A stretch of DNA of 64,000 nucleotides, taken from positions 75,082,001 through 75,146,000 of the forward strand of contig NC_042997.1 in the NCBI RefSeq assembly GCF_006345805.1. Reading direction: 5' to 3'. The notes beneath the pieces were generated by a model. That model saw only the letters and a list, made by a program, of their open reading frames with translations, was not told the origin of the DNA and ran no database searches. Each line of letters starts with the position of its first letter. Position 1 is the stretch's first letter. The translations under genes and the position numbers were made by a program. Below are positions 41,212 to 55,334 of this stretch, piece after piece. Origin of the DNA: Octopus sinensis. Taxonomy: Eukaryota.

Positions 41212-41673
41212 TTAATTTACTCTGCTATGTATTGAGTACCTTATTTACTGTGGTTAACCCGACTCAACCCGGGACCTACATATATATATATATGTATATA
41301 TATATATAGTAAATATATATGTATATATGTATATATATATATGTGTATATATGTATATATATAATATATGTATATATATATGTATATATATATGTATCTA
41401 TATATGTATTATATGATATATATGTTGTAATATATATATAATATATATATATATGTATGTATATATATATATATATATATGTATGTATATATATATGTAT
41501 ATATGTATGTATATATATATATGTATATGTATATATATATAACTATGTATAGATATATGTATATATATATGTATATATATATATGTATATATATAATGTA
41601 TATATAATATATATATATATATATATAGATATATATATATATATATATGTATATATAAATACTTAAAATCTTT

Positions 41674-42088
41674 AAAATGTTTTAAGCCCGAAGGCCGCGG
41701 CCATGCTGGGGCACCACCGCTGAATGAGCTACACTAACATGTGAACCCACCTCTGATACGTGTCACTTGATCAACAAGGGAGTTCGATGCTGCTGCCCAC
41801 ATCTGCGTCTCCTGTCGTGAGGTAGGTTCATCTGGGACTCCCGACAAAAAGAGATCCAGTTTAGTTTTAAAGAAACCCACATCCACACCATGTAAGCCTC
41901 TCAGGCATTTAGAGAGGATATTAAAGAACTGTGGTCCTCTGAAACCCAAGCTGTTGCAGTATCTGGACCTGTATTTTGATGGTGATGTTGGAATCCTTGG
42001 CACCATGCAGTGGCGCCCCGTTCTGTGGTTTGGGTAACTTTGAATGCCAAAGTTTGGGACAAGACCCTCCAGGATTTTCCAGATGTAT
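41674..42088 (-). mobile_element. CR1 subfamily B 3' fragment
   Basis: [31 protein letters not shown]. Tail matches 39110-39175. Confidence 0.88.
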
Positions 42089-42115
42089 ATATGTATATAT
42101 ATTTTTTATATTTTA

Positions 42116-43727
42116 TCTAGTTTCAGCTCACGAGCTGTGGCCATGCTGGGGCACTGCTATTTGGTATTGCTACATGATTTTACTTCACGAATGCTTTTTA
42201 GCAACTGCCATTTGGTGCATGAGAGAGTTCGATGCAGCTGCCCTCATCTGCACCTACTGCCGGGATGTTGGTTCATCCGGGACACCTGACAGGAAGAGAT
42301 CCAGTCCTACTTTATAGACATCCGCATCCACCCCATGCAGGTCCCTCAGGTTCTTCGGGAGGATATTGAAGAGCTGTGGGCCTCTGAAGCCCAGGCTATC
42401 ACAGTATCTTGTCATACATCTTGATGGCAAATTTGGAGTCCTTGGCACCACGCAGTGGTGCCCAGTTCTGGCATTTGTGTAACTCTCGATGCCAAAGTTT
42501 GGGACAAGTCCTTCCAGTATCTTCCAGATGTACATTATGGCATATCTTTCTCGCGTACGCTCCAAGGAATAGAGATTTAATCTCTTGAGTCTTTCCCAAT
42601 AGCTTACATGCTGCACAGAGGCTATCTTCTTCGTGTAGCTTCGTTGAATCGCCTCAAGTTCTGTGATCAACTTGACACTGGATGGTGACCATAGCTGAGA
42701 GCAATAGTCATAGTGGCTTAGAACAAGTGTCCTCCAGAGGACCATCATGGTTTCTTGGTCTCTTGTTCTAAAGGTTCTAAGAATCCATCAGGCCAGCCGT
42801 CTACATTTCATTGCCAATTTAGCAACATGTACATGAAAGGTTGCGTCATCACTCATGTAAATACCCAGGTCACGCACTGATTGTGCCTCTGGGATTGCAA
42901 TCCCTCCAGGTCCAGTGTATTCATTGGGTATTGCATTTAGTTTTGCATGCTGATAGCATAAAGCTTGAAACTTTTCAGCATTGAACTGCATGCTATTCTT
43001 TTCAGCCCACTTGTATATTTTGTCCAGCTCACATTGCAGGTGTTTAATGTCTTCAAGGTTCTGTATTGCCTGTGAAACTTTTGTATCATCTGCATAACTT
43101 GTGATCGTGGCTCTCTGCATGGCTGAGGGCATGTCTGAGAGGGCCATTATGAACAGTAGTGGTCCCAAAACAGTGCCCTGCGGAACACCGCTCACTATTT
43201 GCGTGTTAATGGAAGTGGTCCCATTGGCTACTACCACCTGACTTCTGTCCTTCAGAAAGTCTTGAAGCCATTCTCCCAATTTTCCAACTATGCCAAGATC
43301 ACGCAGTTTGTGACATATCATTCCATGTTCGAATATATCAAAGGCCTTTGCAAAGTCAAGATATATCACTTCCACATTTGAGTGGTTGAGCAGTCGTTTC
43401 AGCACCCAGTCATAGTGTTGTAGGAGCTGAGTTAAGCAGCTTCTTCCTGGTCGGAAACTATGTTGGTGTCAGGCAGCAAGTCATTTTCTTCAAGGAAGGC
43501 GATTAGTTTTCTTCTGACTATTCGTTCCATGACCTTGCTGATGAGTGAGGTCAGAGAGATAGGTCTGTAGTTCTTGGCCTCCACTCTGCTACCTCCTTTA
43601 TGAATAGGGCATATTTTACCTTCCTTCAGTTTTCTTGGAAGTTTGCCAGTTGCAAGGAAGCTCTGAAAGAGGAACTGCAGTGGTCTTGCTAGGACTCTCT
43701 TACACACTTTTAGAAGGATTGCCAGAG
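42116..43727 (-). mobile_element. CR1 subfamily A 5'-truncated copy
   Basis: [41 protein letters not shown]. Tail ends in gaaactaga. Confidence 0.9.
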
Positions 43728-43734
43728 GTATATG

Positions 43735-43765
<31 letters not shown>

Positions 43766-43783
43766 ATACATGTATATATATAG

Positions 43784-43817
<34 letters not shown>

Positions 43818-44235
43818 TGTATGGATATATATATGTATGTATATATATATATATATATGTATGTGTATATATATATGTATGTGTATATATATATGTATGT
43901 ATATATATATGTATGTATATATATATATGTATGTATATATATATATGTACATATATATATATGTATATATATATATAATATATATACATATATGTATATA
44001 TATATATATATGTATACATATGTATGTATATATATATGTATGTATATATATATATAAATGTATATTTATATATGTATGTATATATATATGTATGTATATA
44101 TATTTATATGTATGTATATATATATGTATGTATATATATATATGTATGTATATATATATATATGTACGTATATATATATATATATGTACGTATATACATG
44201 TATGAATATATATATGTATATATGTATATGTATGT

Positions 44236-44276
<41 letters not shown>

Positions 44277-44880
44277 TATATAAAGATATATATAAAGATG
44301 GCGCTGAACTAACAACAAGTGTGTTAACGTCTCTCTCCTAAACATTAAGGAAGTCCTTCCAGAGATCGATGTTATCAGAAGCGAAATTGTCTGCAAAGCG
44401 AATATAAGTGAAAGTACAACAAGTCACTGTATTTGAAAAGAATATTTTCGCTTTTGATATAGTGTTTTGCAACTAGAACATACTCGCGAATACACGTGTT
44501 AAAACGCACGTGTGTTACTTTCCCGAAAATCGAAGTGAATTTTTATTCTTGTCTGTGAATCAACAAGACACAGGATATTTTCGTTTTTGATGTATATTGC
44601 GTGTTTCTGAAAAAAAGCCTCTGAAAAATTGCTGCTTCATACCAAATCGCTTAGGGAAATACAGAAAAAGTATTCCTAAAACTGTTGCACGTGCTAAATC
44701 GAAACTCAAATCCCTTTTGTTTACAAAGTGCGCTTGGGGAATAAAGGTCTGTCTTGTCTATCTATCTTCCTTTCTCATAAAAAGAATCGCGTAAGTACTC
44801 TCTCTAGCCGGTAAGGTAAGAAAAAAAAATATTACTTATTTTGTTATCATTAGTGTTCTTTCAAACAGAAAGTAATAATA

Positions 44881-45133
44881 TCTATGTGTATGTATATGTG
44901 TGTGTTAGAAGTATAGCCGCAATTATTTTTAGAAGACATTGTTTTAGCGACGGACAAATGTATATCTTCTTTTCTCTTTTTCTCTGCTTAAATTCTGTAA
45001 AATCTCTATGTGTATGTATATGTGTGTGTGAAAAGTATAGTCACAATTAGTTTTTATTTTAGAATACATTGTCTGTAGCGACAAATACATATTTTCTTTT
45101 CTCTTTTTCTCTGCTTAATTTCTGTAAAATCTC
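44881..45133. repeat. Tandem ~125-bp duplication
   Basis: tctatgtgtatgtatatgtgtgtgt...ctctgctta.a.ttctgtaaaatc occurs twice. Confidence 0.8.
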
Positions 45134-45889
45134 TTGGATTGTTTTCTTTCAGCTATTTCATTATTATTATTATTGTTTCTTTATATACTTGTAGTGGATG
45201 CGTGGATGTATTAATAAATACATAAGTGCTTTGTAATAAATTAAAGATTTATTATCACTACATCAATTGTAAGCAATGTTACAACATCGCTGTACAAAAT
45301 GCATATCAAATAGTGGTGCAAATAAATACATTTTAAAGGAATGCATAATACAGGATACACATTAAAGCAGAATATGTTTTGATGGGTGTTGTGTGTGTGT
45401 GGTAAATCATGCAGTACAGAGTCACCTTTCTGATTATTCTTTCGTCGTCCTCATAAATGCGTGTCGTTCTCTTAAACGTTGGTTCGGTTCTCTCCAGATA
45501 CCTATTCTCCGTTCTATTTATAACATCTCAAATAGCCAGAAAAATAGATATACCGCAAAAGGTGTTATTGCGTACAGTAGGTCGCTGGTCGTCCTGTTAA
45601 ACTTCGCCTGACCTGCTCGGGTCAGAGGTCGAAGGGAGACGATCCATCATTTTTTGTCAGAAACAAAGAGATTATGATTTCGCGCCTTTTTGTGCATTGG
45701 TATTTTACGACCAAGATTCTTGGGTCTGATTTCGAATCCAAGCTTTGAGAAGGAAGTGCTAATTCTTACATACTCACTTGGTACTAACTGTTATATATGT
45801 GCGTGTGCACACATGTGTATATGTGTGTATGTGTATGTATGTATCGCGTGTGTGTGTGTGGTACAAATAGCTTCGCTTAGAATTCTCCC

Positions 45890-48800
45890 CTCTCTCTCTC
45901 TCTCTCGTCCTGTCTCTTCAGTTTCTCTCACTCACGCTTCTCCTTGTCTCTTCATAGCTCTCATTCTATCTTACTCCCCTCTTTCAAATATATAAATTCT
46001 CTCTATATTTCTTCCTTCTCTCCTATCTCTTCAGTTTCTCTCCCGCTTCTCTTTGTCTCTCCATTACTCTCTTCTATCTCTTCAGTTTCTCTCCCGCTTC
46101 TCCTTGTCTCTCCATTTCTCTCTTCTAACTTACTCTCCTCTCTCGGATAATATAAGGACATAGACGCTTTTCTCTCTTCTTCCTTCAGTCTCGGTCGCTC
46201 TCTTCCTCTTCTCTCTTACTCTCGGCTCCAATTTTCCTTAAGTACATAGACGCTCCCTTTCTCTTCTAACTTACTCTCCTCTCTTCGGATAAATATAAGA
46301 CATAGACGCTTTCTCCCTCTTCCTCAGCTCTCAGTCTCTCCCTCTTCCTCTCTCTCTTACTCTCGTCCTCCAATTTCTCCTTAAGTACATAGACGCTCCC
46401 TTTCTCTACTTTCTCCCTACCCCCCCTATTGCACATTAGATTAATATAAATTAATATAATATAATATAATATAATTCCTCCCTTCCTCACAATCACAATC
46501 TCTTCCTCTCTCCTCCCTTCTCCCTTTTCCCTCACAGCATCTCTCTCTCTCCCCGTACAACGGAATGGACAAATGCAAAAATTAGAGGTGATGCAAACAC
46601 TGGCGTCAACAAAAGCCAGCGTAACTGGACGAAAGTAGAGCTGGAAGTTTTCATCAGAGGATGGAGCTCGGCCGACAGATCGCAACCAACTAAACATAGC
46701 GGGCGACCTGAAAAGCCATGGCTTTATGAGGACGTTGGCGCAAGTAAGAGAGGAAGAAAAGAGAAGTCGAAAGGGCCTACACTCTCATTGCACCACACAT
46801 GGCTTTGCTAAGCCAAGTCCTCAAGGTGACAAAGACAAAGAGAGAGAGATGGAAACAGGAAAGACAACCACAGAGTGTCAAAAAATGACACGCCCACTGC
46901 CACAGTCGAAGAAGGCAAGCAGGGCAAACAACAGATAGGCGGCGATGGGGAAACAGAAAATAACCACCGGATGAAAAGACCAATGCAGAAAGGAACCAGT
47001 GGACAACCGTCCAACGGAGGAAGAAAAAACAGAGAGGACTGGGGACAAGAAAACCAGATAACATGCAAATTTCCGGAATGGAACCTGCTGGCATGGAGAA
47101 CAGGGGAAGGATGCAGGTTCGCTCATCCAGGCCCTATGGAAATTGCATCAAAACCCACTCGACCAAAATGCCTTAACCAAAACCAGAACAAATACAAGCT
47201 GCCCCAGAATATGCAGACATAGTGCGTAATGCCCCAACAAGGAGAAGGCGCACATTTGCAGAGGAAATGCAGACGGCGGCAGCAGAACAAAGAAATTTTG
47301 TGGAAATGGCAGAGAAAATTGTGGGACAACTGGCCTGGATACATCGTCTTCAGAGCCAGGGGCACTCACAACAGCACTCAAGACCACCACAATCAAGGGA
47401 CCCAGGGTGGCCACCGCTGACGCCGGCCCAGGTGCCACACCGTCAGCCTTTATTGACACCCCGGGTGTCTCACCAGTGCTTCTGCTGAATGTCAGAGGTC
47501 TGGTGAAACCCACTAATATGGGTAAAATTCCTTACCTTAGGACTTGAGCACAAACAACCATGCAATATGCATAGCGCTGACTGAAACGCACCTGTCAAGC
47601 AGTATAGCAGATGCAGAAATACACATACCGAAGTATACTGTTTTTCGTCGGACAGGAAGGAAAGAGACTCATGGTGGGGTTGCCCTGTACGTCCGTGAAG
47701 ATGTCACACCCAATATACTGTTGACACACTCAAACTCAGTCTGTGACACACTGATAGTACACATGAAACAACCGAAAATAGTATATGTGTCACATATCGG
47801 CCACCAGACACCCTAGTCTGAAGAGTGTTTAAGATAGCCTCAGAAAAGAATAGAAGTCCTGGACAAACTGGACCAGGGTAACACCATTCTACTGCTGGGA
47901 GATTTTTAACCTTCCGAAAGTCAAATGGCCAATGGCCATCTCCTCCCTGGAATGACATCACTTGAAAAGAGACAGACAGAGTCCTTGTTGGCTCTCACAC
48001 GCAAGTTTTTCATGGGCAAGCAGTGCTTTGGCCACAAGAGGTGAGAAGTCTTGGACCTCTGTTTCACAAGCAACCCGATGCTCATCCACAACATAATGGT
48101 AACACCAACAATTCTCTCAGATCACAACTTAGTAGAGGTAATGATATATGGTATGAGAGAGTTAGTTGAGACGCAGCCATTAGAAAATACCACAGGCCTA
48201 TCCAGTCTAAACTCCATAAGGCAAACTGGAAGAAGATCAACGAAGAGATCCGAAAACATGACTGGAGTGACTTCATCACCACACAAACACCAACACACAT
48301 TTCCAACATTTCATGACAACAATACAGAACATATGCCATAAGTTTGTCCCGGAGAAAAAAGCCAGCGGGCATAGGAACGTTATTCCCAGAGACAAGAAAA
48401 TACTTATGAGGCGAAGAGCTAAGCTCTCGAAGCAACTGAATGCACGCAGAGAACAATGAGGACTCCACCTGAAACTTTTTGAAACGGAAACTGCACTCAA
48501 ACTTTCCTATGAGAAGAGGAGGGCAGAGAGAGAAGCCAGGGCATAGAGAATATAAAACAAACCCTAAAGCTTTCATTAAATTTGCGAAAGAAACCACCTC
48601 GGTACACTCTGCAAGATTGGCCCACTCTTTGATAAAAAGGGCTCTCTAACTGAGGACCCCCAGGGATAAGTGAAATACTAAAGGAACAGTATAAAAGTGT
48701 TCACATCCCCTCTGGGGCACATGCAATCACAAACCCAGAAGTTTTCTTTGATGCCACAACACTCCAAAACCAAACAACAACCATCGACCACATAGACATA

Positions 48801-50480
48801 ACAGAGAGGGATGTAATATCTGCCATAGAAGAAATGAGAATAAACTCAGCTGCTGGACCAGATGGATTCCCAGCAGTCCTCCTAAAAACATGCAGGCATA
48901 CCCTAGCGGGACCACTGAAGAAGCTCTTCAGTGGTTCCTTGGCTAACGGTAAACTGCCCAGGGCGCTAAAAGAAGGCACCATATGCCCTATCCACAAAGG
49001 AGGGAGTAGAGCAGAGGCCAAAAACTACAGGCCAGTCTCCCTGACGTCACACATAAGTAAGGTCATGGAACGAATCATCAGAAAAAAACTGATCACGTTC
49101 CTCGAAGAAACTAACCGTCTCACTGACACACGCATGGCTTTCGCCAGGAAGAAGCTGCCTTACGCAGCTGTTACAACACTACGACTGGGTACTGAAACAA
49201 CTACTGGATCGCTCACAGATGGATGTGGTATATCTCGACTTTGCGAAGGCCTTTGACAAAGTCGACCACGGAGTGATATGTCACAAATTACTCAGACTCG
49301 GCATAACAGGAAAGTAGGTGAGTGGATACATGACTTCCTGAAGGACAGAAGCCAGATGGTTGCAGCCAATGGAGCCCTCTCGGGAAAGACACCAATAGCA
49401 AGCGGGGTGCCACAGGGCACAGTCTTGGACCCTTGCTGTTTTTGGTGGCGCTCTCTGACATGCCCTTGGTAGCACAAACAACATCCCTCACTAGCTATGC
49501 TGATGACACAAAGGTAGCACAGGCAATCAAAAACCAGCTGATGCTGACCTTTTACAACAAGATCTGGATGCCATATACAAATGGGATGAAGACAACAATG
49601 CATTTAATGCTGGTAAATTTCAAGCCTTACAATATCAAGCTGTAAACACATATACATTACAACACAACTATACTGGTCCAGGAGGGATCGAAATCCCAGT
49701 ATCGAAATCAATACGGACCTGGGGATAGACATGAGTGACGATGCATCTTTTTCTTCACACATCGCGAAGGTGGCGACAATGTGCAGACGACTCACTGGCT
49801 GGATCCTGAGGACATTCCGGACAAGAGACTGCGAGACCATGTTGACACTATGGAGGACATTTGTCCTAAGCCGCCGGACTACTGCTCCCAACTGTGGTCA
49901 CCGCATAGTGTCAAACTAACCACAGAGCTTGAGACAATCCAAAGACATTTCACCAAGAGGATTTCCACCATGAAAGAAAAGAACTATTGGTAGAGGCTTA
50001 GGGAACTCAATTTGTACTCCTTGGAACGAAGACGAGAGAGATATGCAGTGATATACATATGGAAAATCCTGGAGGGACTAGCACCAAATTTTGGAATTGA
50101 GAGCTGTTCCAATCCCCGTACAGGCCGTCACTGTGTGGTGCCAAAGTCCCGTCTTCCACATCCAGGGTAAGGAGCAGATACTGTAATAGCCGGGGTTCAG
50201 GGCCCTCAGCTTCTCAACAAACTGCCAAGAAAACTAAGAGATCTACATGATGCGGATGTGGTCATTTTCAAAAACATCTAGACAAGCTGCTTTCCGGGAT
50301 CCCAGATGAACCCACTGCAAGGTACGAAGGTAACCTAAGGGCAGCAGCTACAACTCTCTCTTAGATCAGTGGCCAGCCACGGCAAACTGGACTTAGAGAG
50401 GGTAGCAACAAGGGCGGTGCCCCAGCATTGCCTCAGCCGGATGGCTGAAACAAGTAAAAGAGTAAAAGAGTAAAAGAGTA
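45890..50480 (+). mobile_element. Apparently full-length CR1 subfamily C LINE: CT-rich repeated 5'UTR, ORF1 (Myb/SANT-like plus CCCH finger), ORF2 (APE-RT), (GTAAAAGA)n tail
   Basis: atagacgc-containing CT-rich repeats at ~46150-46400. ORF1 pieces at 46614-47488. LLNVRGL at ~47485. RT motifs to ~50395. Many 1-bp indels. Confidence 0.85.
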
Positions 50481-51209
50481 ATATGTATGTATATATATAT
50501 ATTGTTATAATATGTATGTATATATGTATGTATATATATATATGTATATATATGTATGTATATATATATATATGTATATATATGTATGTATATATATATA
50601 TATGTATATATATGTATGTATATATATATATATGTATATATATATGTACGTATATATATATATATGTAATATGTATATATATATATATATGTATATATAT
50701 ATGTATGTATATATATATATATTGTATATGTATGTATATATATAATGTATATATATATATGTATATATAATATATATATTATGTATATATATATGTATAT
50801 ATGTAAGTATATATATATATGTAAGTATATATATATATATATGTAAGTATATATATATATGTATGTATATACATATATGTATGTATATATATATATATGT
50901 ATGTTATATATATATTTTATGTATTATATATATATATATATATTTATGTATATATGTATATGTATGTATATATATATATGTATATATATATGTATGTATA
51001 TATATATGTATATATATATGTATGTATATATATATATGTACGTATATATATGTATGTATATATATGTATGTGTATGTATGTATATATATATGCATGCATA
51101 TATGTATGTTTGTATACATGTATGTATATATATATATGTATGTATATATGTACGTATGTACGTATATATATATGTATGTATAAATATATGTCTATATATA
51201 TTTGTCCGC

Positions 51210-51449
51210 TCACATTCCTCCCTCCTTGTCATCTTTGCTTTCTTCGTTGTCAAAGATGGCATCAAGCGTGCTGATGTGTGTATAGGAGTGTATAAACTCC
51301 TGCTTCTTTTGCTCTATCTGTGCTAACGTTCTTGTGTAACCATTGCTCTGCAGTGCAGCTGTAATTATGTTGTTCGCATTATCCCCGTCAGCACATTTCC
51401 AGGCTCTGAAGAACAATGCTAATTCCATGCTCCTCCAGGTTCTGGACAT
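51210..51449 (-). CDS. Myb/SANT-like (trihelix) ORF, probably the ORF1 start of a related LINE 5' end
   Basis: [52 protein letters not shown] aligns with 46614-46760. Upstream (51485-52060) are tandem repeats reading CT-rich with atagacgc on the minus strand, as in the subfamily C 5'UTR. Confidence 0.65.
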   Translation of the reverse strand: MSRTWRSMELALFFRAWKCADGDNANNIITAALQSNGYTRTLAQIEQKKQEFIHSYTHISTLDAIFDNEESKDDKEGGM

Positions 51450-52203
51450 TTTTTTTTTGATATTTTCTTTATCTATCTAATTATGTTTAAAATTTAACAG
51501 TGTGATAGAGGGTAGAGAAGAAATAGAGAAAGAAAGTATCTATGTATTTAGAGAGATTGAGAGCTGAGAGAAGATAAGAAGAGAGTAAGAGAGAGTGAGA
51601 GGAGAAAGTTCGCGTCTATATATTTAGAAAGATTGAGAGGCTGAGAGAGGGAAGATGGATTGACAGAGAGAAGTGAAGAGACAGAGAAAGTTCGCGTCTA
51701 TATATTTAGAAAGATTGAGTGGCTGAAAGAGGAAAGATGGTGTGACAGAGGGAAGTGAAGAGACAGAGATAGTTTGCGTCTATATATTTAGAAAGATTGA
51801 GAGGTTGAAAGAGGAAAGATGGTGTGACAGAGAGAAGTGAAGAGACAGAGAGAGAAAGAAATGAAAGAGAGCAGGTTATGCAACAAATAAATATATATCT
51901 ATCTGCAGCTACGTAAGTACTCTTCTAAGCTAATTATAAATATCTATCTGTAATTTAACAGTGTGATAGAGGGTAGAGAAGAAATAGAGAAAGAAAGTGT
52001 CTATATATTTAGAGTGATTGAGAGCTGAGAGAAGATAAGAAGAGAGTAAGAGAGAGTGTTTACATTCTGTTAATAATCTTCTTTCAGTTTTTGTTCCAGC
52101 GGTCACTTCGTTTTTGTCAATTTCTTAATACATCTCTTCAAAATTATTCTATTTTAGATAGGTATATATTTATTTGTTGCTTTATTTATATACATATGTA
52201 AAC

Positions 52204-52250
<47 letters not shown>

Positions 52251-52276
52251 TATATATATATATGTATATATATATG

Positions 52277-52314
<38 letters not shown>

Positions 52315-52420
52315 TGTGTGTGTATATATATGTGTGTATATATATGTGTGTGTATATATGTGTGTGCATATATATATGTGTATATATATATATGTATATG
52401 TGTATAAATGTATATATATC

Positions 52421-52455
<35 letters not shown>

Positions 52456-52528
52456 GTGTGTATATGTATATATATATCTGTGTGTATATATATTTATATG
52501 TGTATATATATATATATCTATATATATG

Positions 52529-52563
<35 letters not shown>

Positions 52564-52809
52564 GTATATAAATTTATAAATAAGGATAATATCAATATTT
52601 AAATATCGATATTATCAAGTGGCCAGCATGGGAAAAATACTATACAAAGGTAATCATTTTTTACATCTAAATATAAGTGTGTCTGAAAGACACCACCATA
52701 CCGAAATAGCAGTCAAATCCCTGACTCTAAAAACCACGTTAAATGTTCATATCGCACCATGAGATAAGACAGAGGGACAAAATAGACTAGCAAAAAATAT
52801 TACTTAATA

Positions 52810-52868
52810 ATTCAAGATCCTGGATTTCTAGCTTTGCTTAAAATAAACTTTGCCGTCATCGGTTGAAT
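52810..52868 (-). ncRNA. Type-I hammerhead, U4C core variant
   Basis: attcaa-CCGATGA-(27-nt stem II)-GAA-ATCC(A)GGAT-C-ttgaat. Confidence 0.65.
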
Positions 52869-53297
52869 ATATCAAAGCACATAAATACAAATATATATAT
52901 ATATGCAGAACAAACGTTATACTTACATATACGAACGTCCATACGTACATATATATGCAAGTATGTACAAGGCTAGTTTAAATTGCCCTCCAAACACCTC
53001 ATATGCACGATATGGTCAAAATAAACACTGCAGTGAATATAGTGACGAATTATATAAATTTATAAATAATGATAATATCGATATTTAAATATCGACATTA
53101 TCAAGTGGCCAGCATGGGAAACAATACCATACAAAGGTAATAATTTTTTACAACTAAAAATAAGAGTGTCTAAGAGAGACCACCATGCCGAAATAGCAGT
53201 CAAATCCCTAACTTTAAAAACCACGTTAAATGTTCATATCCCACCATGAGATAAGACAGAGGGACACAATAGAATAGCAAAAAGATTTTACTGAATA

Positions 53298-53356
53298 ATT
53301 CAAGATTCTGAATTTCTAGCTTTGCTTTAAATAAGCTTTGCCGTCAACGGTTGAAT
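53298..53356 (-). ncRNA. Type-I hammerhead, degenerate core, compensated stem III
   Basis: attcaa-CCGTTGA-...gctt(attta)aagc...-GAA-ATTC(A)GAAT-C-ttgaat. Confidence 0.55.
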
Positions 53357-54366
53357 ATATCAAAGCACATAAATTTAATGTGGTTTATAGGGTCAGGGAT
53401 TTGACTGCTATTTCGGCATGGTGGTGTCACTCAGACACCCTTATTTTTAGTTATATATGTATATATATATGCATATATATATGTATATATATATATATGT
53501 ATATACATATATATATAATATATATATATAATGTATATATATATATGTATATATATATGTATATATATATGTATATATATATAATGTATATATATGTATA
53601 TATATATATGTCTATATATATATGTATGTATATATATATATGTATATAGTATGTATATATATAAGTATATATATATGTATATATATATATGTATATATGT
53701 ATATATGTATATATATTATATATATGTATTATATATATGTATATATATGTATCTATATATATGTATATATATGTATATATATGTATATATGTATATATAT
53801 GTATGTATATGTATGTATATGTATGTATATATGTACGTAATATATGTATAATATATGTATATATATATATGTAATATATATATGTTATATATATGTATAT
53901 ATATATATTGTATATATATATGTATATATATGTATATATATGTAATGTATATATATATATGAATATATATATGTATATATATATATGTATATATGTATAT
54001 ATATGTATATATATGTATATATGTATGTATATATATGTATATATATGTATCTATATATATGTATATATATGTATATATATGTATATCTATGTATATATAT
54101 GTATGTATAGTATGTATATGTATGTATTATATGTACGTATATATATGTATATATATATATGTATATATATATATAGTATATACATATATATATGTATATA
54201 TATTATATATATATGTATATACATCTATATATTATATAGATATATATATTGTTATATTTCGGAATGGTCATATTGCCAGTTTAGTCAATAAAAACACATG
54301 CACTATATATTTGGTGGTTATTTGCTTCAGTGATATTTATTTTTTACATTAATCTTAATCTATTTC

Positions 54367-54411
54367 GGCCAAAGTTCTTTCGTCACACTCCTGTGACCGC
54401 ATCAGTGGTCC
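54367..54411 (-). ncRNA. Type-I hammerhead with A9C change
   Basis: ggacca-CTGATGC-g-gtcac(aggagt)gtgac-GAA-AGAACT-T-tggcc. Confidence 0.55.
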
Positions 54412-54710
54412 TTTGTTTTCTTCTCACTTACTTGTGTCTCTCCTTACTAACCGTCAGCCATTTTGTATTCTATTGTATGTCTTCATTTGCGCATGCTTAT
54501 ATCTCTATGTGCGTCTATGTTTATTTAGTGTGTGTGTGGGGGGGATGCCTGTAATATTTGTATCTTCTGGTTATATACATTCTTGTAATTTGTATTTTGT
54601 TTTTGTTGTTGTTGCTTTTGTTCTAATTTTGTTCATGTGTTTACATCCACCCATTATTATCACAATCTTGCACAACAAATATTTAAACGTATATATATAT
54701 AATATTATAT

Positions 54711-54741
<31 letters not shown>

Positions 54742-54806
54742 ATATATATATTATATATATATATATATATATATGTAATATATATATATGTATATATATA
54801 TCTATA

Positions 54807-55093
54807 TATATTATATTGAGGGTACTACTATTCGTAGATACCAACACGCTAAGAGGTGACCCAATGCGGTCAAAACTACTAAAATAAACAAAATTTTACC
54901 GAATGCAAAACTTCAAAACACATCATTTAAAAAAAGATTTCAGTTACATATCGCATGTAACTGAATTCTTTTTTAAAATGATGTGTTTTGAAGTTTTGCA
55001 TTCGGTAAAATTTGTTTTATTTTAGTAGTTTTGACCGCATTGGCCCCTCTTCGTGTTAGTATCTACGAATAGTAGTACCCTCAATATAATATA
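54807..55093. repeat. ~287-bp near-perfect palindrome (arms ~140 bp, 5-nt loop at 54950-54954)
   Basis: gagggtactactattcgtagata...cagttacat-atcgc-atgtaactg...tatctacgaatagtagtaccctc. Confidence 0.95.
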
Positions 55094-55220
55094 AATGAAG
55101 ATTTTCAAAGAGGAAGATTTTACGGATTTTTTCTCTTACGAAGTTTTTCACGCTGACTACTGATAATTTATTTTAAAGATTTTATCCTCAATTGTTAATT
55201 TATATCTTAATATATATATG

Positions 55221-55257
<37 letters not shown>

Positions 55258-55288
55258 GTGTGTATATATATATATATGTATATATATG

Positions 55289-55321
<33 letters not shown>

Positions 55322-55334
55322 GTATATATATATG

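Larger units (their letters stand above)
52568..53453 (-). mobile_element. Two ~310-bp HHR-containing monomers plus a terminal inverted segment (pLTR/retrozyme-like)
   Basis: 52568-52886 matches 53050-53373. 53374-53453 is the inversion of 53151-53229. Confidence 0.7.
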
